A stretch of 56,265 nucleotides of DNA, the filler included, from Catajapyx aquilonaris (lineage: Eukaryota): NCBI GenBank assembly GCA_000934665.2. It is 2 parts of 2 records of this genome, joined end to end, with 100 filler letters (N's around TTAATTAATTAA, not from the genome) between each part and the next. Parts side by side here need not be neighbours in the genome. Positions count along the whole stretch, not along the records: positions 28,137 to 56,265 come from JYFJ02004971.1; 1 more part is not named here. One strand, 5' to 3'. Below are positions 37,401-48,533 of this stretch, piece after piece. The notes under the pieces were generated by a model that worked only from the letters and a program-made list of their open reading frames with translations, searched no databases and was not told the DNA's origin. Every line of letters begins with the position of its first letter. The first letter of the stretch is position 1. A program made the position numbers and the translations under genes.

Positions 37401-40400
37401 ACGTGGTATGATCCATGCTGCAGACATCACATTTAAAGCAAGCTTCACCCCACTCACCATTCAAAATCAGTCCTGGCACACTGACAGTTCTCTACAGATA
37501 TCGGGTTGTCATACTTCTTCCCATTGTAGCAGTTGGACTTGGCTGCCCTGCGTTCATACACCAGCTTCTTCCCTAACAGGCAAGCCCTGCCCTTCCGAAG
37601 GTCACTTGGAGACCAAGGCTTGTAGTCATCCTTAGTACAGTTTGCCTCTGTCAAAAGAAGTCCTCATGAGCAACAAAGAAACTAAATATTCCTTAAATTG
37701 AAATGTAGTTTCCCAAATAACATGTCTGTTTCAGTTAACGAATGCATAGTTTTAAAAAGTTCATTTTGAAAAGTGACTTCTATCAGCACTATGCAGCAAA
37801 GCTAAAGATAGTTACGGAACACAAAAATAAGTTACTCCAACTAATGGTGGAATTACAAAGACACTTACTGAAGACTCCTCTAAGGTCAACTGTGATGATC
37901 ATCCACCTGTGGTTGTTTATCTTCGATCCAAACATGGTGAAGACAGTAGTGTTTTCCCCAGGCTCTGTCATGAGCCCGTGTATTCGTACATCTGCATCTA
38001 AAAATTCTTGCTCCTGGAAGTTGCCTCCATCATCAGTGGAGTATAGAACCTTGTTGGTCTCCATCCCAGCCTTGAGGTACTTCACAGCCAATATCACCCC
38101 TCCGTGATCCCCAAGAGTGTAGAAGTAGTTCCCACGCAGAATTTGGTGCCAACTGATTCCGCCATCATCACTCAAGTACACTGCAGGGTGGCCTTTGAGG
38201 GAGTTACCCACCACACCTGTGCCCATTATTAGGCCCACTGCTGATTTTCCGGACAGGATGGGTACTGAGCGGCTAACTGGGTACAGATAACTGAACTTCT
38301 GGCTGAGGTGTAGCGAGCAACCATCACTCTGTGAAATAAGAATCACTAGTCGAAGATATTTGCACTGGAACATCATAAGAACTTACATTTTACAAGAACC
38401 ATCTATGATATCCAGTGGTGGGTACATCTAACCGAAAGTTTAGCTTTGCTAACCGCTACTCTGCTAACTAAAACCGTTGACTTCGCTAAATCGCTTATGC
38501 TAAACAGCTGGAAACTCAACGGAACCTAACGCTAACTTTTATTTTATGAATTAGCCTCTCTTTTTTTTATTGCTCTAGGACCCTTTAACTCCCTCGCTAC
38601 CAGCTAGGCCAAAAACGTTTAGCTTATGCCTACTCTGAAGATAAAGACAATATATTTTACAAACAATAAGAGCTATATTTACCCATTCATGAAAAACGCT
38701 ATGAGTGTGTTGCGAACAAAGTCCATAAATTAATTTCCAAAAAGAGAGCCTTAAAAACTCGAAATTCGAATACTACCAGCCAACTGTTAGGCTGATTTAA
38801 TTATGAAACACACATACACAGAATAACAACCTTGAGAAGAGTGCCAGGCAAATTTTCTGAAATCGTTGTACTTTGTGAGAAATAAATTAATACTTATTTG
38901 CGGCTTTTTGACAGTTCGGAAAACTCACAAAATTTATTTACTTCTCGCGAAATACGATGATTCTCATCGCCTAGATTCTAGGTGGCTGGGGCAGAAGGAA
39001 TCATTCTGAAATACGGATCGTATGTTAAAATATCAGAAATATGCACCTTGAGTATGTCTGGCAAGCTTCTCAAGGTTGTTATTCAGTATATTTTAGCATA
39101 TTTCATAGTTAAATCAGCCTAACAGTTGGCCAGTAGCACCATAATTTCAAGTTTTTAAGGCAGTCTTTTTGGAAATTAATTTAGGGACTTCCAGAGGGGG
39201 AAAATTGTTCGCAACACATTCAGTGTTTTCCATGAATGGGTAAATGTAGCTGTTATTATTTGTAATATATCTTGTCTTTATCTTCAGACCTTCACAGTAG
39301 GCGTAAGCTAAAATCAGGAGTTTTCGGTCTAGCTGGTAGTGAAGGGGTTAAAAATAAAAACAGATCTAGAGTGCTAAAGCCTAGAGAGCACTGCTACACA
39401 TACACCTTATTTAGTTATTTACTGTTCCATACATTTTTGGTGTGTCACCAGTGGGTGGGAAGGTGGCCTGCATACCACCCTCTGACCCGGACGCTCTCAC
39501 CATACCCATTCCACCTTCGGGCCTTGAACCCCCTACCCGTAAACTGGTCTAATTTTATCTCTGCCTGAAGTGGGAAAGTGGGGAAGTGGTTCGCAATGCT
39601 GGTCAAAAAATAACACAGGAACAGGAATTAATCTTGTTAGCAGACGTACATTTAACCGAAGCTAATTGGTCCTCTAACGGTTTACAAAGTTAGCAAAAAT
39701 GCTACTCAGCTAACCAAAAAGTTAGTTCCGCTAATTAGTAGTTAGCGGAACCCTGCCCACCACTGATGATATCAGATATTTATCAATTTAGGATTTTGCT
39801 TACCCCATGACAACCTACCAACAGTTCTAACAACAAAAGCAAAGGCTGTTTTACAAGTGCAGGGTGGACAGAACGTTTCAGACCCCCCAGGTTTTTAAAC
39901 CCTACATTTCACAGAGTCATTTCACAGAGTCATTTCACATCTTTTGAAAGTCCGCAAGCATTTCTAATGTACACGATCTTTTGAAGCATAATCTTGACAA
40001 CATGTGAGCACATTCTCTCCCGCAATTCCATTAATAACTTTGCCTCTGTGACTCATCTTAACATCCTATCTGTTTTGTGGATATTTTGCTTGTTGCCTTG
40101 GAGGACCCCTGGTCATATTCTGTGGCAGGTCAGGTTCTCATGACCCTTTCCCATGCGTTCCCCTTCATTCAAATGTTGTGAACTCACTGCTGACCTTATT
40201 TTTCACATTGGTCTATAACCTGGTCCAATAAAAATATGAAAAGGAATGCATTAAATTGCAGACCCAGATGCATTCTTCCCAATCCTCACTTTTACTTTCA
40301 AATCATTGTTTAGGAACGAAGGCACAGTAAACAGTCCTACCCTGGTAAATTAATCAACGTAACACATTTACACAATCATTCAGAATGTCTCCTCCAAGGA

Positions 40401-43400
40401 CACACATTAAAATCCAGACACCCCCAGACGAAACTTTCCGTCCACCCTGTAATTCAACAGAGAGAAGCCTTTCGTACTCATGAAATCCATTCATCATTGA
40501 AAACAAAATGCTCACTTCACTGCAATTGATGGGTCTTCCTTCTTCATCCACTGCAGGTGGCTTGAGTGTTTCCCACTGTCCTCCTCTGTCATAAGTGATA
40601 AGTGAGATCACATCCTCAGGGCCAAGTTTCCCAGCTTGTGTTGCTGGCTTGATTTGTGATATTATGTACACACCCCGAAGGCCCTCCACCTTATGGAAGT
40701 CAGCAAACGAGTATGCTGTTACATCGCTGCATGGAGGGGAAAAAATGGATGATTAGTTTGCATTGCGATTATTATTATTTACTGTATTTATCAACACAAG
40801 TTTCACTGCATAAATTACTAAATTAAATGCACTTATCACCATTTGTAAATATAGACTGAAGATAGCTTACAAATGCTTCCATGCCTGTGATAATATTTCA
40901 AGCAACAATGGGAATTAGCAAATAAATTTTAGTAACATGAAAGTTCATAAGTTAAAATAATAGGCTAAATGGCTGTGCATTAATTTCTGCTGAAAAGTGC
41001 AGGTATATTACAACTCCTTCCAATTCAATAGATTGCCAATGTTCCAGTATTCAAATGCGTATTAGACAAGTACAAATACATCAAAACCAACTCACTGCAG
41101 CCAGGTGTTTTGCCATGTCTCATTAGGATGAAAGTATAGCACCCTCTCTAGTGAGAGAGAGAACTGCAGAGGCCCGGCTTTCCCATTGGATGCACCTGAC
41201 ACATACAGATTGGTAAGGACATCCTGGTGGTGAACACACACCACTAGCTGTCCCTCAGCAGCATCCACCACATAATAGTGGCGATGCGTGGTCTTAGAAG
41301 GGAACTGGGCTTTTTCAAAGGGAGAGCCTAGGTGTGACACATACAGGTCGAGGGAATCATTTGCAGTCTTCTTGGTGGCCAGCATGAAATCACCTCGCAG
41401 CTCAAAATCTTCCACCCCACTGATCACTTCCTCTTCCTCCTCGCCCTCCTCAACAAACAAAGCCGCAGAACGGATTACGGAGGAGGCACCTGTGGGCTCT
41501 TCCCTTTGCACATACAAAACTGAGGGATACTTCTGGGTGTCCCAGTAGAATGACTTGACATACTGTTGTATAGGCTGCCACTCCCCACCAAAGTCTTCTG
41601 TCAGCCACAGCTATGGTCAGTTGGGTACAATGAGTCATAAGAAACATTTAAATTTACAAGATACTGACAGGTTTGGCAAGGCAAACAATACATTTAATAA
41701 TTCACCTATTAAAAAACAAGTGTGTGGTATTGCTTCACTTCACCTTCATGAAGAGACAGAAATAAATGGCCACATATTTACACTCAAGTGAAATTATGAA
41801 ATGAAAATTTATTATTATGCCAATGAATTCTCAAATTTCACTTAATAAAAGCCACCTTACCCTTTTTTCAGGGTCATTCTCATCGTATGCTAGGAAAGTC
41901 ATCTCCCGTTGGGCATCAAATGAGATCTGCACTGGTCTGAAGTCAACCATGTGCTTCCGGAACGTGCGCCCAAAGTCAGTAGTGGTGAAGATGTACTTGT
42001 TGATAATGTCAGTAAAAACATACTGAAAAATGATAAATTGTTATAACACACACTAAGAGTTAATTTTCCATCAAGTTTCTTACATGATCGTTGTACTTTG
42101 GATGGTTATAAAACTGGTTGACAATAGCATACTGTCCATCTTGTATCTTGAATGTCTCAGTGATGTTCTTGAAATTCTTGCCATAGTCATTAGAGATGTA
42201 CACTGCAGACGTGGAGCTCTTTGTTTGCACTGGCTCCTTGGCCAGACAGACAACAACATCTGAATCTTCACCAGCCCAGTGCACCATCAATTGGTGATGT
42301 GAATCATTCAATGGAAACTGAAAATAAATAATAAATAATAATCGATGTCTCATACCAGTACAACAGTGTTGCAACCATGATCACAGAGCTTCAATCCCTT
42401 GGACAATACCCTGTCCGTATCAAATGAAAGGATACCAGGAATATTTATCACTTGCGTAACATGTCTGTGAATGTCATGGCACAATGGAATGTATTCAAGT
42501 ACTTCATCTCCTGACAGGAGGCTATATGCTGGCTAAACTGTAGGGAGAAGTAATGAGCGTTTAACCTGCTTCAGTCCACGACTTATCATCATTTAATAGC
42601 AAGCCACATACTTCCAAAACGATTGCATTAAAGTTGTTCTCATGACATCTACCACAAACATTTGCATCAAATGTTCAATCTCTTACATGATCACAAATAA
42701 CCATACAACACTTACAGTAGGCCTACTATCCAAAAAATCACAAGCATTATTAAACTTTGCTGACAGTGTCCACCTCATCAGGTCTGAGGCCATAATAGCA
42801 AAATTGCAAAGTCAAATTCCCCCCTTGCAGGGCATCACTTGATACAGGAATTAGCCCAGGGGTTCTTAACCTTTTCGGGCCTCCGCACCCCTTTGAAGAC
42901 AGTTGGTCCTTGTCGCACCCCCTATACCAGGGGTGATTGATTAAGTTCATAGTAACAGTAAGTCCAGAGGTGCACCTTGCTCGCACCCCAGGGGAGCCAC
43001 CTCACGCCCCATGGGGGTGCGGGAACCCCAGGTTAAGAACTAATGATTAGCCTGATCAATTATGCAATTATGTCAATCATGAATGAAGGAATGAATTATG
43101 CACTTTATAGTTTACAGATGATGTGCCCTCAAAATACCAATGTATGAAAGAAATTTTTTGTACTGGTTTATTGCTGCGCAATGCATAGCAGCCGAGATAA
43201 AAGCAAGGCTACATCTGCACCTGGCTTTATCATTCAGATGAGACACACCTGCACTAGTCATTACTACAACACAGTAATGTATCATGTTTCATGCTATTCA
43301 TGATAAAGCTATTCCATCAGATATTTAAATTTATGACCCCCATGCCATCAAGCATCTGTACTCATGCTCAGTGTTTGATGATTTACAAGAAGTCACATGA

Positions 43401-45187
43401 AAATCAAGTGCAGACTAGTACCTTCACATGTGACCCAAATAAGTCAGTATTAATGAACAGTGCCATGATTTATTTGATTTTTTTTTGCATGACATGTGAC
43501 TATCACATATCTGTACAAGCTTATAAATGTACTACTGTCACTCAAAAAGATGAAGTTGATTTTGCATTAAAACCAAATGCAAAATCATCTCCCTTCTTCG
43601 AGCGATATAGCCTAGTACCTAATTATCATTAACACATGACCAAAACTGAAGACATTGTATCTGCATGAAAATTCAACCTTTACGTGTCCAAGATCAATGA
43701 GATGAAATTCAATGTCACATTATGTACTTTTCAAAATGGCAGATCAAAAGTGTGGGATTTCTTGGGAGATATTAATAATTGTGGTCTGGGACTTTCCCCA
43801 AGGGCAGATGTGGTGGAGACGGCAGGAAACAGGTTATGCAGGAGAGAAACCCTGGAGCTCCATATTCATCACTTTGAGTTTTCTGCAAATTCAACAAGAG
43901 TTGATGAGATTTCAAGTATTTTCTTTCCATCACATTTTCCCAAATAACAATCGAGCTAGTTTCAAAAACCACAAACCTCTTCTATTACATCAAATATGCC
44001 TTGCCAAAAACAATCTTCCTGCTATTTCCAGATAAGCCTGGAGGAATGAAAGGGATATGAAGGTGATAAGGTTCATATCGTGACACATTAGCTTTGTGAG
44101 GTTTGAGTCACACTAAATTATGTGTAAAGACCACCTTTGCTCTACTTGAAAAAAGTAACGCATCAGTACTTTGTCTCAGAGGTATAATGAGGTACACGTA
44201 CATAAAATCGCTTGCACTATCTGCAAAAACTCACTATCTAACATAAATATTGATCATTTACTTCCTTCACTCTACTTGTGCAATAGCATAGCGGTCCATT
44301 CTCTCCGGAAACCTAACTATCGTCTTTAGAAGTCATTGTTCAATTTTGCTGTGTAATTTCACCTGCATGGTTGAATTTTACGTAAACAACATCTCTGACG
44401 GGTCCGCCAGAACTCACCCATGGGAAGTACATGGAAACCTACCAGAGAAGAAATTTACACAAAACTTTCCACGTAAATTTCCTCCCCAAAGCAGATCAAC
44501 CCTGATGTTAAATTGGGCATGTGAAATAAACACAACCAGACGAGGGATAGCAAAATCAATAGATGTTGGTGCAGTTGACTCCGGATGTAACAGCCTCGAC
44601 TATAACAGATTCTCGGTAATCTAGCAGACTCGAAAGGCTGGTCCCAGCATACTTCCATATGTGGCCTGTTTATTTGGCTGTAACAGACTTCGGTTATGAC
44701 AGACTGATTTCCGTGGTCCCTGGAAGTCTGTTATATTTGAGGCCTACTGTAACAGTACCCTGACACGTTTCAACAGTTTATTTTGTCACTAGAGCTTGGG
44801 CCCTTGGTACAGAAGAAGGGGAAACTCTCTGCCAGACATAGCACAGTGCGCCCTGCAGGAGCCCACCGCATGCACCCAACGCGCAATATTTACCACGGTG
44901 GTGAACTTGTCCTTGTTGTACTCGGACACGACCTGCGGGGTGGACCCCAGGTCCCTTCTCCTCCTGCTGGTGGCCTCTTCCTCCTCATCCTTGGTCAGCA
45001 CAGCGAACCTTCCCCCGCGCAGACCACTGGCCGACCTCTCCTCCCTGAAGCTCAGGGTCCTCCCTGGCTGCCCAAACCGCTGTTGCTGCTGGCCCCACAC
45101 CAGGCAGGGGCAGGCACCCACCAGAACCAGAAGGAGCAAGGCGGGCAGAGGAGGACCGAACCTCCGATGCTTTCCATCGGCCGACAT
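28438..45187 (-). CDS. SORL1: Sortilin-related receptor (SorLA/LR11-like), multi-exon; final coding exon not seen
   Basis: Signal peptide and furin site RRRR (exon 1, ~45187-44894), [17 protein letters not shown]ps10p start (42317), Vps10p domain exons to ~37000, YWAD/FWTD beta-propeller (36930-35200), EGF-like segment, about nine LDLa repeats (35050-31490), FN3 repeats (31160-28700), TM helix and cytoplasmic FANSHY motif (~28500). The coding frame ends at a splice donor at 28437. Confidence 0.93.
28945..29096. mobile_element. TA-flanked MITE (Tc1/mariner-type TSD) in SorLA intron
   Basis: ~55-bp imperfect TIRs CACACAGGCCATCGACGGTTTTGGTCTTTGGT... / ...ACCAAAGACCAAAACCGTCGACCGCCTGTGTG, with TA on both sides. 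Confidence 0.8.
32024..32163. mobile_element. GC-rich MITE (PIF/Harbinger-like ends) in SorLA intron
   Basis: Perfect 19-bp TIR GGGGCCGTGCAGACGGGCC / GGCCCGTCTGCACGGCCCC. The TSD is imperfect. Confidence 0.72.
33094..34477. mobile_element. TTAA-flanked non-autonomous DNA transposon (Kolobok-like)
   Basis: TTAA|GAGGAAACCCAG ... CTGGGTTTCCTG|TTAA. It fills most of an otherwise short intron. Confidence 0.55.
35671..35882. mobile_element. MITE (Harbinger-like) in SorLA intron
   Basis: ~30-bp TIR GAGTACGTTTACAAGGGACTAAAAATCGG / CCGATTTTTAGTCCCATGTAAACGTACTC. Confidence 0.78.
38413..39765. mobile_element. Non-autonomous hAT element with subterminal GCTAA repeats
   Basis: TIR CAGTGGTGGG / CCCACCACTG with a perfect 8-bp TSD ATGATATC (38405-38412 and 39766-39773). 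Confidence 0.85.
38589..39347. mobile_element. piggyBac-like foldback element nested in the hAT element
   Basis: TTAA on both sides, C-rich and G-rich termini, and ~260-bp imperfect inverted arms (38589-38850 vs 39055-39347). Confidence 0.78.
42857..43045. mobile_element. hAT/Charlie-like MITE in SorLA intron 1
   Basis: CAGGGGTTCTTAACCT / AGGTTAAGAACTAATG, with ATTAGCC repeated on both flanks. Confidence 0.7.
44572..44749. mobile_element. Degenerate pogo/Tigger-like MITE
   Basis: CAGTTGACTCCGGATGTAACAG ... CTGTTATATTTGAGGCCTACTG|TA with internal TAACAGA repeats. Confidence 0.5.
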
Positions 45188-45219
45188 GTTTGCCCATTGA
45201 CGGACTGCCTCACTTCTAA

Positions 45220-45489
45220 TATCGATACTCTCCCACTCGATAACAGCTAGCAGGAAAATAACAGCTATAGCGTCATCGGCAGTCACCCGGACAAACAGGG
45301 AAACACGCGCATGATGGATGATGCCGTCCTCAGAACAATGTCGCTTACTCGGTCTAATTGCCACTTTTGCCCACCCGACCGCCAAATCCCGGCAATGCCC
45401 CCAGCTTATGCCCCCCAGCTTATGCCCCCAGTTAATACGCACAGTAACAGCTACAACAAAATCGATATGTCGCTTTTGCTGTATCGATA
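45220..45489. promoter_or_regulatory. DRE-like (TATCGATA) motif cluster upstream of the SorLA start
   Basis: Perfect TATCGATA at 45220-45227 and 45482-45489, plus near-matches at ~45237 and ~45460. DRE is an established housekeeping-promoter motif in Drosophila. Confidence 0.55.
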
Positions 45490-45934
45490 CGACGGGGGTT
45501 AAAAGCATTGGAAATACGTCGCATACACGGTAAGGGTCAAGGCCTCTGAAGGGTTATATTTATGCGGCTGCGAACGCCCTCGGTACACAATGAAAGACGT
45601 GTGCTCTGCGTTTTCGCAAAATGTTATATGAGCACATGCAGATGGGGTTTCGGCATCGCCCATTCCCCTTCCATCTGGAACGTCGTGTTGCAATCAACAA
45701 AAGACGAGGCATGTGACACGATGAGTCATGCGCGCGCGCCAGGATATGTACTGCAGACATTTGAAGTACCGGGAAATTAGATTAAAACCCGGCTTCAGCA
45801 TGTGATAAATAAAAGCCACCGACAGGTTAACACTGCGCATTTTTATTTCAACACATTTCATAGAAGGAAATTATATGTGCACTTGAATGTGTTCCGGCCG
45901 CAATGACCATTAATTGATTAGTGGCCTGCTCTGG

Positions 45935-47527
45935 TTATATCATGGAAAGAAACTCTATATCAAATAGTGCTATCTGCTTCCTGATGTGGTCCTTTTCTTC
46001 TGATGTCAGACCGGATTGCCAGTTCCGTCCACGCAGAGAGATGGATTTCAGGAGTGGAAAGGATTTTAGAATTGATGGGAGTATTGCCTGGGTTATGTGG
46101 TTGCTCGTTATGGACAGTTTAGTCAACCGGTTCATGGGGTTGCGGCTGATTATCTCGTGCCATGAAGAGTCCTCCAGGCAATTGGTTAGCGAGATGTTCT
46201 GAATGTCAAAGCAAGACTGTAGCATGTATGCAACATTTCTTTCAGATATCTTACAGTTGCTGACGTATAACTTGATGAGAGATTGGAAACCCAGAGAGGT
46301 ACCTGGTGACTGCAGGCGTGCATGTTGATCGATAATGTGGCTGTTGATCAGTGAAAGGCTATCCAAGTTTGTGCATAGAGCAGCAATTACTGAGATGTCA
46401 ATATGATCACAGCCTTCAATTGACAAGTCCAGCAAGTTGGGAAAAAGCATGTGAAAGTCCTCTGTAAACATGCCAGTTTTGGATGGCAGTGGTGGATTTT
46501 TCAATATTGGCAGCCAATCTGCATAGTACAAATCCAGATGCTCTAGTCGTTCAGAACACAAGTTGAATAGGTCAAATATAGTCTTGGAAAGTGGCTTAAT
46601 GATGCAGAACTCAATTTGTTTGAGTTTAGCCAACTTGGCCAGTGGCGCAAGACTTTTAGTCGACCAGCTCCTTACATGTACAGTCTCCAAGTTTGGAAAA
46701 TACCAATATAATTTTTCCAGAATTTCAGAGCTATTGTTATTCACTACGTTGTTGCAGTCTTTCAGTAAGAACCTTCTGGTGACGTTGTTCTGCTCCAGGC
46801 ACAACACTAGCTCAGCCATGCCAACTTGGAGGCAATAAAATACCTCCAGACAACGTAGATTGTTCAAAATGAACATGGCATGATTGACGGTAAAGTGAGA
46901 CTCATTCAGGGAACCACCACGTAGGTCCAAGTGAGTAAGGTTTTTCCATGCCACTAATGCAAAATAAAATTCATTATTGAAGTCTTCATTTGGCCAGATA
47001 ATCAGTTGTTGTAACTTGGGGCAGGTACTCTGAAGCCTCGGAAGGAAAGTTGAAGAGGTGGCTAAACCTACAAGATGCAAATGGACCAAGTTGGGTAGGT
47101 CGGCTTTCAGCAGTAGCTGGACTATCTGGTCATCCTCATCTCCATCATTTGATATCCAGGAACAGATGGTCAAATTTTCCAATTTGCTCATCCAACTAGA
47201 ACTACTCAGGACAGTAATCATCAAGTCTTCGCTGCAATGCCAAAGGCGAATGCTGGTACAGCCAGGATGCATGGTGGCTCCTACCTGCTTGGGATCCAGG
47301 GTCCAAGTTCTGTAGCTCCTTTCATAGTACTCCAGCAAAAGTTTCATGTAATCATTGGATGCATACTTTGGAATATCTTCAATGTATTGGCAGAGGGAGT
47401 CGATACTCTGCTGCAATTGGTCCTCATCATACACCCAGCTCAGGTTACGGTAAGCTTGACCTACGTAAGCTGCAAGGGATTCCAGCACTATTTGATAGAG
47501 TCGTTGAGGCTTTCTCTGTAGTGGCAT
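45935..47527 (-). CDS. Intronless leucine-rich-repeat (RNI-like) protein, 530 aa
   Basis: Repeated LxxLxL motifs (LPNLVHLHL, CPKLQQLII, LTHLDLRG, FPNLETVHV, LEHLDLYY, FPNLLDLSIEGC, LKSISLRG) in a long uninterrupted ORF. Confidence 0.78.
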   Translation of the reverse strand: MPLQRKPQRLYQIVLESLAAYVGQAYRNLSWVYDEDQLQQSIDSLCQYIEDIPKYASNDYMKLLLEYYERSYRTWTLDPKQVGATMHPGCTSIRLWHCSEDLMITVLSSSSWMSKLENLTICSWISNDGDEDDQIVQLLLKADLPNLVHLHLVGLATSSTFLPRLQSTCPKLQQLIIWPNEDFNNEFYFALVAWKNLTHLDLRGGSLNESHFTVNHAMFILNNLRCLEVFYCLQVGMAELVLCLEQNNVTRRFLLKDCNNVVNNNSSEILEKLYWYFPNLETVHVRSWSTKSLAPLAKLAKLKQIEFCIIKPLSKTIFDLFNLCSERLEHLDLYYADWLPILKNPPLPSKTGMFTEDFHMLFPNLLDLSIEGCDHIDISVIAALCTNLDSLSLINSHIIDQHARLQSPGTSLGFQSLIKLYVSNCKISERNVAYMLQSCFDIQNISLTNCLEDSSWHEIISRNPMNRLTKLSITSNHITQAILPSILKSFPLLKSISLRGRNWQSGLTSEEKDHIRKQIALFDIEFLSMI

Positions 47528-48533
47528 CTTACACTAACAACAGAGAGAGAAATCATTGGCAAATGAGTGTGTTGTTGTTGATTCTAGTACCTGTATGTCT
47601 AAGTGTATCACCTTATTAACTCGCCGTATTAAGATTTTGTGTTGTGATCACTTAATAGACACTCACATAAAAATTATTGAATGTGGTACCTGGTACTTGG
47701 GATTTTGAATTAGAGAGAAGCTAATAGCTTATGGCCTACTTAGTATTTGAAGTGTTCAAACAATAAGAGTTTCCAAGGTGACAAAATAATAGTCCAATCC
47801 TGGTCCAATCCCCATTTGTAAAGAAGTACTGGAACTTCTTGAATCTCCAAGGCATCAGAAAAATCTTATAAGAATGGAAGATTCAAATCAGTGTAGTTGG
47901 AAAAAATGTTGCAGTACAAAATGTACACAAGGACACATGTTTAATAATATAAACCACAGCTTGAGTGCAGGTGCATCTTATGGATAAAAATATGGACAAG
48001 TTCATATATTATTCTCTGCTTGTAGTAAAATTTTGGAATTGAATTTCAATTGCATTCCATCCAGAGAGAAGAGCAGAGGAGTCCCAAGCTAACCAGCTAG
48101 ATCCCAAAGACGCCGGTGAGTATGAGGGGTACAATCAAATATGTAGAGCACGCACCCAACCTTTACTCATCTACTTGTCTGATATAGGCTTTCTCCAACC
48201 ACCGGGTGTCTCCTTCATACCATCAGCTTCAGTGGGTCCAGATCCTGAGGATAGAATGTTTGATTTACTTTGACATAGAAACAACTGGACTAGCGGAAAG
48301 TTGTGAAATCATTCAAGTGGCAGGAAAATGTGCATAGACAATGAATTGGGATATGCCAAAGCTCACATATTCCACTTGTAATATTGGTCCGCAATGGAAA
48401 ATCCTATTCTCTTGCAACACAAAAACCCATTTATCTCAAAATGAACTCCGGTTGGGATATGCCGTATTTCCTCTGAGCACCTCAAATTAAGTATCATGGC
48501 AAGGTGTCATTTTCTTTTCAGAATTACTCTCTA

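Noticed and set aside
39860..40343. Possible CAGGGTGG...CCTACCCTG terminal inverted repeat
   Set aside because: Too short and no clear TSD.
45188..45508. N-terminal extension of the 239-aa ORF upstream of the SorLA ATG
   Set aside because: Non-ATG start, it overlaps the DRE-containing promoter, and the signal peptide follows the ATG at 45187.
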